Source: Octopus sinensis
Taxonomy: Eukaryota
DNA length: 64,000 nt
Reading direction: 5' to 3'
Assembly: GCF_006345805.1 (NCBI RefSeq)
Contig: NC_042998.1
Coordinates: 114,328,001-114,392,000 of the forward strand
Of the stretch, positions 27,490 to 40,047 are shown piece by piece. The position numbers and the translations under genes are program-made. The first letter of the stretch is position 1, and each line of letters starts with the position of its first letter. The notes below the pieces were generated by a model that saw nothing but the letters and a program-made list of their open reading frames with translations, was not told the origin of the DNA and searched no databases.

Positions 27490-27720
27490 CGGACGAAGGA
27501 AGGCGGAGGACTATTTTCACAATGGACTCAGCTGATAGCCAGATTCTTCCTGTATGCAACAGCAGGTGCGCGTCATAACTCCGCCAGTCAGCAATATTTG
27601 GGCACTAGTTGAGTACGTGCAAAACATTTTCGTTGTTCACCATCCTCACCTGCAGCCTTCCCAATCTAGGAATTTTTTGAAATTATCATTGAGCTTCGAC
27701 TAGAAAGTTCTGCAGAGCAG
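27490..27720 (-). mobile_element. Highly eroded LINE reverse transcriptase fragment
   Basis: Minus-strand GKAAGEDG resembles the KAAGPDG motif at the start of non-LTR RT domains, and LSPL*KI follows; many disruptions. Confidence 0.3.
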
Positions 27721-28987
27721 ACTAGCCAGTTCGTTTTTCGTCGGCGACTGCGGTCTCCCCGAGAACGTTCTCGCACTTGCTTACTGCAAAATCTCTATCA
27801 AAAACCATTGTGGAACTTCCACTAATGTATTTTCTCACTAGCAGAGGACTGTGAGTGGATGACGACATTCTAGATAACAGGTACTTTACCTAGGTTTATG
27901 CCTGATCAGTACTGTAGCTCAATCAGACGGGCTGATGACTACAACCAGTCACCATCATGGAAACGCTGATGATATCTAGTTCACTCTTCGTCTAAGGTAA
28001 ATTGGTATCAATGTCATATCTGCAGTTCTTTGTGAGAAAGGGAAGTTATTCTAGGCTAGGGTTTCCGAGGAAATTATATCGAATGTATCCGAGTTTATGG
28101 GCTCGTCCAAAAATTATCTCACCATATGTTTTTTAAGTAAACTTCAACTTGGTCTGAAGGTATATGCTCTAATTTGTGTTGTTTTATCGATAAGCATCTA
28201 TATAGAATTGTTTTCCTTTCTGTTTGGTCTAAAAGGTTTCGTTGTTACTTATCTCCGTTTCAGTGAGTTGGTGATTTTCTGCATCATGCCTTTTGTGTAA
28301 TGAGTTAAAGTCGAAATTGTTGGTGTTCTTGGTAAGAGAAATAGTCGTGTGTTTTTATTGTTGCTGCTGTCGTTGTTAATCCTCACTGTCTCTGTCGTTA
28401 TTGCTTATTGTTGAGATGGAGGAAGAGAGGGGCTGTGGCGCTTCAGTCTGTTGCTATTTAGGAAGCAGCGTTGAGAATGTACGATTTACTACTGGTAATT
28501 CTGCGAATTTCTTTTTGTTCTTGTTGCTGCTACTGTTGTTCGGGCTGTTCTTGTGCATTTACTCTTGTTATAATTGTTACTGATAATGCAGTTACTATTT
28601 TTATTACTACTACGGCTATATTATTGTGTTGTAGGAGATGAATGCGAAAGGCAGTTACACCTTCAAAAACCTCTTCACAACTTCTCCTTTTGCAGGGCGG
28701 TTGACAGAGACGACGCTATTTTCAAAAAAATTTCTCTGCTTCAAAATGTTTTCGTTTTTTGAAAATTTTATTTATTAGGGCTAGTAACAAAAACGATTGA
28801 ACAGTCCCTTATGATTCTGGGCAATTAAGAAACAAGGGAGAACAACAAAAATCATCAAAATTAAAAAAAAAAACGGACGAACTGAAGGGCTTCCAAAGGA
28901 CGATTACCTTCGGTGATAAACAACAACAAAAGCGTGAACAACAACAACATCAGCAGCAACAGCGATAGAACAACAGTAACTTCAACA

Positions 28988-29022
<35 letters not shown>

Positions 29023-29045
29023 ACTACTACTACTACTACTACTAC

Positions 29046-29087
<42 letters not shown>

Positions 29088-29141
29088 TAATAATGATAAT
29101 AATAATAATATTAATAATAATAATAATAATAAATAATAATA

Positions 29142-29184
<43 letters not shown>

Positions 29185-29239
29185 TAATAATAAAAATAGT
29201 AATGATAATAATAATAAAAATAAAAATAGTAATAATAAT

Positions 29240-29440
29240 CCTCTCTACTACAGGCACAAGGCCTCAGATTTGCGGGGAAGGGACTAGTCAATTACATCGA
29301 ATCTAGTGCTTCCCTGGTACTTAATTTATCGACCCCGAAAGGATCAAATGTAGAGTCGACCTCGGCAGAATTTGAACACAGACCGTACTGACAGGCAAAA
29401 TACTGCTAAGAATTTCGTCCTGCGTGCTAACGATTCTAGA
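29240..29440 (-). mobile_element. SINE family A copy
   Basis: tttatcgaccccgaaaggat..gtcgacctcggcagaatttgaacacag...gtgctaacgattct. Confidence 0.8.
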
Positions 29441-30313
29441 TTTACGGTTATGGCAGTAGTTGCTGATTGGAAATGGCTTAGCGGCTTCACTTAGCCATTC
29501 AAGGCTCTGTTAAAAAATATGGTGGAAAATCCCAATGTGTGGATGCAGTTATGCCTGCTGTGTCCCATCCTGCTTGCCACAGCCTCATAGTTTCCGTTGC
29601 AGCCGTCCATGTCACGTCTTAGAGACTTGACAGTATCCACAGAGCATTGAGAAGCAGTCATAATGCCGACATTTTGATACCCGTGTGAATCATCATGATC
29701 CAAGCAACTCTTCCAATATTCAGATGGTTTTTAGTCCCCCATGTCAATTAACTTTTTCTTAGTTGAAACGTAAGTATTTATGCTCTCCAACACAGTTGAC
29801 TGTTCACCAATACATTAAATTGTTCCTGAAAAAAGGAGACATAAAAAGTTTTAGCTTGAACACCATGTAGGGAAGTGAGAAGTTGGAATTTATATGAATT
29901 ACAACATGGTTTATATTCTCCAAAACTAAATTCTTCGCCGAGGTTTTGTTTCCCTCAAATTCTTGTATTTTAAAATGTAATGTTTTGTTCTGATTCTTCA
30001 TCGGTACTGCTGACAGCCACATTTGCGACATCATTTTAACATTTAAGTAGCTCAGGGGTTCCAAACCACGCTGATTGCATATTAATTAGTGATTTTTACA
30101 TTGGATAATTAATAAAAAAAATCTAAAACGAAGGTTTGACTTGTGTGTTGGTACTGACGCAAATTTCTTCGCGCACAAAGATGCACACACATGGATACTA
30201 CACGCACACACACATATACACACGTCTATATGTGTGCTCTTGTTTGTGTATAATACACACATATGCATACATATGTGTGTGTTTATATATATATAAATAT
30301 GTATATATATATA

Positions 30314-30403
<90 letters not shown>

Positions 30404-30934
30404 ATATATATATAGTGACGTTTGTACATACATACATGCATTTACGGATGCAAGTATCTGTGTGCGTGTGGGTGGTGTTTCTGTGCGCGCGTGCATGTAC
30501 GCGTGCTTGATTGTTTTCGATGCGTATTACGCTTGTACGAATATACGTTTGTGTATATGTATGTGACAGGTTATTGTCACATGACGAATGATTCGTAACG
30601 GTGTTTCAAGAGAAAACAGAGTAAATGTTCTGCATAAAAGGAAAGATTTTAAAACTCAATCATCCGACATAGCAGTCAAATCTGCTTTCCTTTACACACT
30701 ATCGTCTTGAAAGAGGGAAGGACACAGTCTACTGGTTATGGTTTTCCACTCATGATCGCAAGATCATGGCTTCAATTCTCAGACACATCATTTCACTTTG
30801 ACATCTGTCGTTTAGTACACCAACCACCTGTACAGGGAATGTCGATTGATGAAGGGAGTGGCCAAATTTTTGATTATTATAAGCAAATTATCTGTGCAGC
30901 AAGAAGTTGCGAGACTCTCAAGTGTCGTTTACAA

Positions 30935-31290
30935 CAGGAGAGTCCACTTGGTTCAGTGGTTAGAGCGTCGGGCTCGCAATCATGACTCAAAATCATGATG
31001 TTCTGATCTTGGTTCCCGGACTCGGCAGTGTTTTGTGTTCTCGGGCAAGAAACTTTATCTCACGTTGCTCCTGTTCTCTCAGATTTTGAAATAAGATGCG
31101 AAGTCTCTGCTGCCAAGCACTATCGGACTTTGCTTTTCTTTTGGATAACATCGGTAGCGTGGAGAGTGGAAGCTAGTATGTATGGGTTACTGCTGGTCTT
31201 CCATAACAAAATTTTTGCCCGGGCTTGTGGCTTGGAGGGTAACTCTTTCGGGACAATCCCATGGTAATTCATGACCGAAGTAGGTTTCAT
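30935..31290 (+). mobile_element. Eroded tRNA-derived SINE
   Basis: ttggttcagtggttagagcgtcgg head (A box), ggttcccggac (B-box like), tgtgttctcgggcaagaaactt core; similar eroded copies at about 37360-37560 and 37888-38125. Confidence 0.5.
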
Positions 31291-31859
31291 GTAAGAAAGG
31301 TTGAGTTCTTACACTATCAATTAATTTATGAATATCCGATAAAGTTATCCGACACAGACTCAATATGGCTTCCTGTAATATTCTTCTGTTACTACCTTTC
31401 CTGATGTTTTCTCCATCTTTTGCAGTGAGGAGAATAGTAATACGTAATTAATTCAATTTAATTATAATAGAAATTAATTTAATTTCCCCATGTTTCTTAT
31501 ATGTTTGTGTTATAATCTGAAACGATCGTATGCATAGATGAAAATTTTACAAAACTTTTAACATCTCTTCTCCATCTTTAATTAAAATTGTTAGTTGAGT
31601 CTATGAATGCTCATAACACACCTTATACTATATATACATGATGGCTGCCCCCTCGTTATCGAGTATGGCCATTGCACAAAGCTTAACTGTTATTGGTGCT
31701 GTGATCGAATGTGACTTTTATTTGCTTTTTAAGGCTACAGCCAGCCATTCAGTTGGGACTCACAGCACCATCAACAATCATGAACAACGTTGTTATCGTG
31801 CAATGCCTGTGCAAGAAGATTTTTTTAAAGTGAGGAAAGGCTGTGTACTGAGTCACTCC

Positions 31860-32287
31860 CACTCACTAAGCAACAGCAGCCATAATCCGAAAAGAAGAAC
31901 AAGTCAACATCATCGGTAACGACTGAGCCGCAGGTTTTATGTCGGAGTTATCCCAGTTACCTGAATAACCTTCTCCTAGAAGGATGCCCTAACAAAGGCT
32001 AGGAGTCCTTCACTCCCAACGGTTTAACCGCGCGATCGGGTATTCAGTCCGATTATTTCTATGTCCCCGCGCATGATACAGCCCTAGGACATTTATTGGA
32101 TGGCCGTTGACTCTCAAGAGTTCCTCCGCCCTCTGACGGGTTTTGTTTTTCATCCCACAGGTGTCCAGTAAACACCCTTCTCACCAAGCAAGCTTGGTGG
32201 GGTTGCTGGTTTAGTCGCCGACGGCCCGACCATGCAACAGGTTGTACAGGGTTACATGTTACCAGTAGCACTCGAAAGTGACCTGAC
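31860..32287 (-). mobile_element. Probable 5' UTR of an RTE-like LINE
   Basis: GC-richer block with gggcatccttctaggagaagg..ataaaacctgcggct, which resembles RTE 5' UTR motifs as recalled; no ORF confirms it. Confidence 0.4.
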
Positions 32288-32366
32288 ATACATACATACA
32301 TACATACATACATACATACATACATACATACATACATACATACATACATACACACACATATATATA

Positions 32367-33958
32367 CAGTTGCGGCCAAAATGTTCAGAACGGCATTGTT
32401 TTCGCCAGAAAAGTAGATATAAGCTTTTATCAAAGTTGTTTTATGTTCTATAATTTTCACAGACAATAAATACGATATTAGTTGTTATTGTCTGAGATTT
32501 TGGTGTAATTTAAGAGGATAATACAAAAGTTATGAATGATTTAGTGATTTACTGCAAAACCCATGGCGGCCAAAATGATCAGAACGGTTGCTTTTACTCC
32601 ATGTCTTAGTATATTTAACCGGCGAACTCTAATGTTTTGAATTTGTTTACGTGACGGTTCGTTTACTAAACATTAGTAAGAATATTTGCAGTGTTCTTTG
32701 TTAATATAATGTCACTTACTCCGTTATCAATTCGTCAGCAGATTATTAAGCTTCGAAAGAAGGATAATTTAAGTATTGGGTCTATTGCAAAGATTGTTAA
32801 CAAGTCAAAAAGTGTTGTTCACGGTATTCTTAAGGTATTCGATGATTGTGGTTCGTGTGAAGCAAGAAAGTTTACAGGTAGGCCAAGAAAAACGACCAAG
32901 AGAGAAGATCGTGCTATGGTAAAGTTGGTTAAAAAGGACAGATTTAAAACTGCTGCTGCTGTTTCTCGGGAAATGAGCATTGTATTGAAGAAAACGTTAT
33001 CTCGAAAAACTTGTCTCATCGTTTAGTTGAACATAACCTACAAGCAAGAGCACCTGCAGTGAAGCCACTGATCAGCTCCAAAAATAAAAAGTGTCGTCTT
33101 ACCTTTGCAACCGAACATGGTGTTGTGGTTTCAAGAAAAATGGCAAACAGTGCATTTCAGTGATGAATCTAAGTTTATGTTATTTGAAAAGTAGGTGAAA
33201 AATTGTCGCTTAAATGCCTTAAGACTAGTAATAAATTCGGTAGAGGAAGTGTCATGTTTTGGGGATGATATCTGGAGATGGTGTGGGCCCTTTGGTGCGA
33301 TTACATGGAAAGGTAAATGCTGGAGTTTATAAACAACTTGTAAAAGATCATGTCTTGCCTATGCTGAGAAATTCAACTAAGCGACCACCCATATTCATGC
33401 AGGACAATGCCCCATGTCACAAGGCTAAGGTGGTCATGAACTTCCTCAAGGCTGAAAAGGTTATTATTATGGATTGGCCTGCTCAAAGCCCAGATCTCAA
33501 TCCTATTGAAAATGTGTGGAATATTCTAGGAGAATGTTCGAAAGCCAGAAATCCTAAAACAACCGAGCAATTATGGAATGCCCTTCAGGAAGAATGGAAT
33601 AAGATCACCTAGCAAGAAATTGAAAATTTAATTTCCTCATGCAGTCGAAGATGTCAAAGTGTGATTGAAGCTAAAGGGCTTCACACTAAATATTAAATAA
33701 TTCCAGTATTCTCTGTCATTTGTGATTATTTTGTTATATTTTCAACCGTTCTGATCATTTTGGCCGCCATGGGTTTTGCAGTAAATCACTAAATCATCCA
33801 TAACTTTTGTATTATCCTCTTAAATTACACCAGACAATAACAACTAATATCGTATTTATTGTCTGTGAAAATTATAGAATATAAAACAACTTTGATAAAA
33901 GCTTATATCTACTTTTCTGGTGAAAACAATGCCGTTCTGAACATTTTGGCCGCAACTG
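32367..33958 (+). mobile_element. Tc1-family IR/DR transposon, 1592 bp
   Basis: TA on both sides. TIRs 32367-32590 and 33743-33958 begin CAGTTGCGGCC, the left has an 8-bp insertion, and each holds outer and inner direct repeats GCGGCCAAAATG(T/A)TCAGAACGG. Confidence 0.95.
32709..33696 (+). pseudogene. Tc1 transposase pseudogene, DD34E
   Basis: HTH region and GRPRKTT, then HFSDESKF, QDNAPCH and WPAQSPDLNPIENVW with 34 residues between the second D and E, ending AKGLHTKY*. Several frameshifts, stops and an internal deletion. Confidence 0.92.
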
Positions 33959-33974
33959 TATATATATATATATG

Positions 33975-34449
33975 TAAAAGTAAATAAATGGTACAACGAA
34001 GTACCGATATTTACTGGAAAATAGCGATCGCAATAAATACGACGCTATTGTATAGCTTCACTGCGTATATACTAGCAAAGACGTGTGTGTGCAACAAACA
34101 TGAATAAAATTTGTCTTACCTCTAGGAAGAACATGTGAAAAATGAAAAACCTAGAAACGGATAATGCAGGACCGGTTTCAGACTCTTCAAATACGTTTGA
34201 CAACGTAGATTTGATTTGTCCTCATCAGCTGCATATACCTAGACAAAATTTCAAATGTTGCCACATCTATGCCAGTACACTCGTCTGAACGCCAAAACGT
34301 TAACAGAACGAGAACAGTGAAGAAGTTTCAATGAAAATAGTAATGCAATACGAAAGATAGCCCGTAAGGGTAAAATTATACATATAAAAGTAAATAAATG
34401 GTACAACGAAGTACCGATATTTAGTGGAAAATAGCGATCGTAATAAATA
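33975..34449 (-). mobile_element. Hammerhead-bearing element with 65-bp terminal direct repeats (Penelope pLTR-like or retrozyme-like)
   Basis: 33975-34039 and 34385-34449 differ at 2 positions (410-bp period); (TA)n at both ends; intact hammerhead inside. Confidence 0.65.
34164..34234 (-). ncRNA. Minimal type I hammerhead ribozyme
   Basis: Stem I AUGCAG/CUGCAU; core CUGAUGA (34228-34222); stem II GGAC/GUCU extended by UCAAAU/AUUUGA and ACGUU/AACGU; GAAA (34179-34176); palindromic stem III ACCGGU; GUC cleavage triplet with C17 at 34170. Confidence 0.85.
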
Positions 34450-35000
34450 TATATATATTGGTCGGTCTGGTGCTCTAATAGTAGACACTTGCCAAAAGTA
34501 TACCCTTTGTGGTATTGAAAACGAAACTGCGTGGTTGCAAAGCAAGCTTCTGGTGTATTTCAAGCGTATATATTTGTCTTAAATGGCAGCAGGTAACCCA
34601 ACGTTCGAAATTTTGCTGAGATTCTCGTTTTCATTATTTGTGTTCCTCTCTCTCTGAGATTGAATCTATTAGTTTTGAAAGTCAATATAAGCAGTTCTAT
34701 TATTGTGCCTTTTATTCTCTTCTTTCTTCTCTTTGTTTGTTTGTTTCTTTGTCTCTATCCCCTTTCTCCTTCTCTCTGTATCTATGTATCTATATCTATA
34801 TGTCTATATCTCTAACTGTACATATACGAGTGTACTTACATTCGCGCATTATATATACATGCTTATATGCTTACATATATACATGCTTATATGTTTATGT
34901 TTATCTTTAGATTATATACATACATACATACACATGTCTGTTTATCTATCGTTCTCCCCATCTCTCTCTTTCTATGTCTGTCTGTCTGTCTGTCTCTCAG

Positions 35001-35038
<38 letters not shown>

Positions 35039-37039
35039 GTATATATATATCCACATACCAACGCATTCATGTTGTGACTTTGCCCAATCTACCTTATCAA
35101 TAGGACGGCTTCCCCATACTCACTAAAACCTACTGAACGTCTCCGATCTCATATAATACTGCTCCAAATAAAGTTAATGGCTCTTTGGATAATTTAGCAA
35201 TAAACATATTTCGTCCTAGGAAGATTCGGCGGAGTTGTTATGGGTGGATAGCTTTTGATCATAAGTTTACTCAATCAGAACTGATTTAGACTCAACAATA
35301 ACATCAGAGCATCATCATCAACATCCTCGTCGTATTCGTTGCTCCTGACGCTGCTGTCTTTATCATCATCGCTGTCAACATCATCATCATCATCATCATC
35401 ATCATCATTAGCCTTTTCCAGTCTTCATCTGTGCTCATGCAATAATAAATGAATGAATAAATAAATAAATAAGTAAATAAATAAATAAATGGTTGGTTGG
35501 AGGGCGATAATAATATTTGATTCTTGGAAGTTAATCATAGTTAATTCGGTGAGAAAACTGTCTCTTGCTCAAATTTCTCAATTTCCATAGTGTAGAAACG
35601 AAAACAATTTGCCTAATATCGAATCCAAGCTGTTTTAAATATTATTTTGATTAAATAAATAGTTCTAACTAGAGAATTTAGCACAAAAGCCAATTGTAGG
35701 TAATTTCATTATTTTCGAATTTAAAGAAAAATAAACCAGATAAAATTGAAGGTGATGTAGCTAAGACGGGCGGCAACTCTTGCTGATCAAATTGAATTAA
35801 ATGTTAAGTTATAAGAAGTGGACGTTTCTCTGAGATTCTGTTTCATTTAAAATAGCAACATATAAAGTCAATTATGGAAACAACCTCGGAATGGTGTTTC
35901 GGAATTGCAATAAAATGGTGTAAAATGGTGTGTTTTGATAAATGAAAGGAAATCAGAGAGGTGTTGTTAAAGAGTAATGAGTAAGTGGGAGAGAAATGAG
36001 AGTTGGAGAATGATAAATTTAATGAAAGATAGATTGATAAATAGAAAAAGAGAGAGGAGGAGAGAGAATAAGATAAAACGTAGAGTAAAAGAGAGGAAGA
36101 AGCGAAGGAGGGAGTCAAAGAGTGTTGGATTATATTAACAGTTTTGCTCGGTTTTATTCTATTTGCTGTAAGTTTTCAAAGCATTCACAAATGTATGTTA
36201 CGAATGCATGTATGTATGTATGTATGTATGTATGTATGTATGTATGTATGTATGTATGTATGTATGTATGTATGTATGTATGTATGTACGTACGCATGTA
36301 TGCATGTATGTTTGTAAATATGTATATATATATATATATATATGCATATATGTATATATATACACATACATATTTACATACATAATACATACATATATGC
36401 ATGCATTCAATCATACACACACACATATATATGTATATACATATATATATGAGTGTGTGTGTGCATGCGTGTGTATGTGTGTAAAACTTATTAATACACA
36501 CGCGCTCACACACACTCATACACACACACACACACAAACAGACACGTGTGTACATATGTCGTGTGTATAGAATCGAACGAAGAGAACTGGGGTAATACAT
36601 TGAGTAGATTTCGATAATTGCAGATGAAGAGTTAATGACTGAAGCAGTCATTAATCTGAGTTTGTTAGATAGGAAAGTACGTGTCTAATCAATGCGATTA
36701 ATCTAATCACCATGGAGATTGCGATAATAGTTTGTCTGGTCCTTTCTTTACAGGTCCCGAATGGAGAAAACCTAAAATTAAAACTTTCACAACTTACACA
36801 TAAAGCTATATTTAACGTAGCTAAATATCACAACGGCATTTTGTTTGTTCGATCCACCACAATACATGTAGCTTGGAATAATGAATAATGTGTCAGGCAT
36901 CTCAACGAAAGGGACTGTTTCCTTTCACCTTGTTTGACTTTTGTAGCGAGTGAAGTAAACTAATTCTTACTTAATCAATTCGCTTAGTTTGAAATCCAAC
37001 ATCTTTAAAATATTCATTACAACAAAGTATGAATCGGTC

Positions 37040-37235
37040 CGCTGGCAGAATTGCTGGCACGCTGGGCGAAATTCTTAGCGGCCTTTTGTACGTAATCACG
37101 TTCTGAGTTCAAATTCCGCTGAATCGACTTTGCGCTTCGTCCTTTCAGAGTCGATAAAATAGATACATGTTGAATCCTGGGATCAATGTAATCGACCGTC
37201 CCCTCCTATGAAATTGCTAGCCATGTGGCAAAACT
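37040..37235 (+). mobile_element. SINE family A copy
   Basis: gctggcagaattg..acgttctgagttcaaattccgc..gtcgataaaata..gatcaatgtaatcgac. Confidence 0.8.
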
Positions 37236-37678
37236 TGATATAAATATTACCATAGAATATCGCATATATATGTGACGAACTTTGGGAGTGTTAATTAAAC
37301 TATTCTTATGCAAGCATCAGAATAGAAACCGTTTAGATGTGTTTGCATGAGTTTGCTAGTGCTCGACTAGAGTGTTCGGCTCATGATTATAAGAGCATCA
37401 GTTCAATTCCTGGACCAGATAGCACGTTGAGTCCTTGGGCAAGGCACTTCACTTTACGTTACTCTGTTCTCTTAGTTGAAAAGATTACCAGTTAATTATG
37501 TGTGCAACGGTCTCATCATCCAGCTGTCACATGTAGAATGTTTCACTGGAGAAGGCACCTGCAAAAACGATTAGAGAACGTATGTTACCAAGCCATACTA
37601 ACTCGCGAAGACTGGCTGCCCTCTACTACAGACATCTGAGATTGCAAATATATATATTTATATGTAAATATATATATG

Positions 37679-37810
<132 letters not shown>

Positions 37811-38149
37811 GTGTATATATATATATATATAATATATATATATACATACACACGCACACACATATGTATGTATGTGTGGAGATACATGGCCTTGTGATTA
37901 GAGCGCAGGTTCGAATCTCAGACCGGGTGATGTGTGTATTTATGAGCGAAACATCCGAGTTCCACGCGGCTCCGGTAGAAGTTAATGGCGAATTCTACTG
38001 ACTCTTTCGCTACAAATTTCTCTCACTCTTTCCTCCTGCATCTAGCAGCTCCTCTGCAACGGATGAGCGTCCCGTTCAGGTGTAGAACCCATACACAAAT
38101 GAGACCGGCTCTTATTAGCCAGACATGATTCAAGAAGGAACAAACAACA

Positions 38150-38185
<36 letters not shown>

Positions 38186-38311
38186 ATATATTTGATTTTG
38201 ATTTTGATTCTTCCAGTTTCAGCTCATGAGCTGTGGCCATGCTGGGGCACCGCCATATATATGTGTTTGTATGTATGTATGTATGTGTATGTATGTATGT
38301 ATATATATATA

Positions 38312-38362
<51 letters not shown>

Positions 38363-38442
38363 ATGTATGTATATATATATATATAATATGTATATATATA
38401 TATGTATGTATGTATGTATATATGTATGTATATATATATGTA

Positions 38443-38511
<69 letters not shown>

Positions 38512-38771
38512 GGAAAAAAGATAGAAAATGCTAAAATAATTTTAGAAAACATTTCAGTACCGGTTTCAGTCATTGAGACTTTTTCAACAGTAAGTATGGA
38601 AAACAAATTAAATTTGGAAAAATTAAAAGAAAAGTTTTTTAAAAGAATATTTGTATAGTGTTCAAATACAAGTAGCATTTTCCTTGCTTCTGCCTGTCTC
38701 TCTATCTCTCTTGTTTACTCTTGTGGATTCAAGGTCGTTGTGAATTCTTGGTAGGGAATTCCCTAGAGTCA

Positions 38772-39140
38772 TTTCCGGCCTCAGCGCGCCAAAGTGAATA
38801 CATTTGAAAAATACACCCAAATATGATTTGTAGAACTTTATACATGCTCTATTTCGGTTATGCATTCTGTTTCTAGTTCTGGAAATTATGCTTTGTAAGC
38901 GACAGACTACGATGATGATCTTGCAGATATTTACATACGTAAATATTAACAGGTGAAATTATGGTACGTAGGTATTCGGTTTTTATTTCGTATATTTTCA
39001 TTTGTCTTGCTCATTTTTACATTTTGGCGTTTTGCTGAGATTTTTCTTGAGAACATACACCCTCGTGGTAATGGCGATTTGACGCCTATGTTTAGCATAT
39101 TAGGTGTCCACTTTAGTGGTCATTCCTCTTAATTTTGTAT
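38772..39140 (+). mobile_element. Diverged single-arm relative of the 57656-58448 foldback element
   Basis: Shares gcgccaaagtgaa..catttgaaa.atac, ttttatttcgtatattttcatttgtcttgct and gtccact.ttagtggtca.tcct.t.aattttgta ending in (TA)n. Confidence 0.85.
38907..38971 (+). ncRNA. Degenerate type I hammerhead (C3 to A)
   Basis: CUACG-AUGAUGA-UCUUG..CAGGU-GAAA-UUAUG-GUA-CGUAG at the position homologous to the intact ribozyme at 58219-58282. Confidence 0.6.
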
Positions 39141-39142
39141 AT

Positions 39143-39187
<45 letters not shown>

Positions 39188-39319
39188 TATATATATATGT
39201 ATGCATGTATGTATGTGTGTATGTAAAGTTAAAGAAATTATTAAAAACTGAAACTAATCAGTGACCTTTGGGACATCCTGTTTGTACTTGCGCATACCGC
39301 CCCTTTCTACCTCCCATAT

Positions 39320-39365
<46 letters not shown>

Positions 39366-39658
39366 CATCAAAATAGTTCGATTTAAATTCCTTGGTAGTC
39401 CGTAAGTTTCAAGCGTAATGCTGATCTCAGCCATTTTCAATTTGAATGAAAGAAGTGATTATTACCGTAGGGTTGTCTGTGATTGGTCGAAGAAGGTCAC
39501 GTCATGTCGTGCTTTGATGTTGGTATAACTGTATGTCAGTGAAGAAAGTTAGTTGGAAAAAAATAGCATCCTGAACAGGAAATCGACCACGCGGTGGACA
39601 GGAAATCGGTCAGGTCGTTGGAGGGGAGGTAGGAAGGGGTGGCATGCGTAAGTACATA

Positions 39659-40001
39659 CAGGATGTTCCAAAGATCACTGATTAGTTTCTGTTTTTAACT
39701 AATCTCCTTAACTTTACAAATAAGTGCAAGAAATTTTGATACAATATAAAGGACATAATGGAAATTAATATGAACAGGTCAAATTTTGCAACACCACTAC
39801 ATCACATACGATAAATGACATCGATTAAATGGCATCTATTTTCGGCTTTGCACGCCCGTGTTCTTTCCAAAACTTGCACCATAACACCCTCAAGGGTTTC
39901 AGACCCACTTCTCTGAATTCTCTATTGATGTTCTTCTTCAGTTGTAACAGGGTCTCTGGTCTCCAGTTTGTTGACGTAAACTCTCTCTTTCATGTATCCA
40001 T
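39659..40001 (-). mobile_element. maT/DD37D-like mariner 3' end with terminal TIR
   Basis: GYMKERVYVNK..LKKNINREFREVGSETLEGVM..ENRCHLIDVIY, then a 3' UTR ending GGAACATCCTG-TA. Confidence 0.7.
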
Positions 40002-40047
40002 AATTGATACCTTTTTGTGCCCGTCCATTCAAAGTAGATCCCACGCA

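Noticed and set aside
27941-27980. CUGAUGA..GAAA-CG-CUGAUGA on the plus strand
   Set aside because: No stem II pairing beyond one base pair, and no stem I or III.
29763-29769. Possible 7-nt micro-exon (ttttcttag|TTGAAAC|gtaagt)
   Set aside because: Such splice-like pairs are expected by chance in 64 kb of AT-rich DNA; no gene context or expression data.
31526-31545. GAAACGAUCGUA, the same palindrome as the 17231 motif
   Set aside because: No CUGANGA core or stem II upstream at a usable distance.
31300-31632. Possible Tc1/mariner 3' terminal remnant
   Set aside because: Based only on vague recall; no partner TIR or transposase sequence is visible here.
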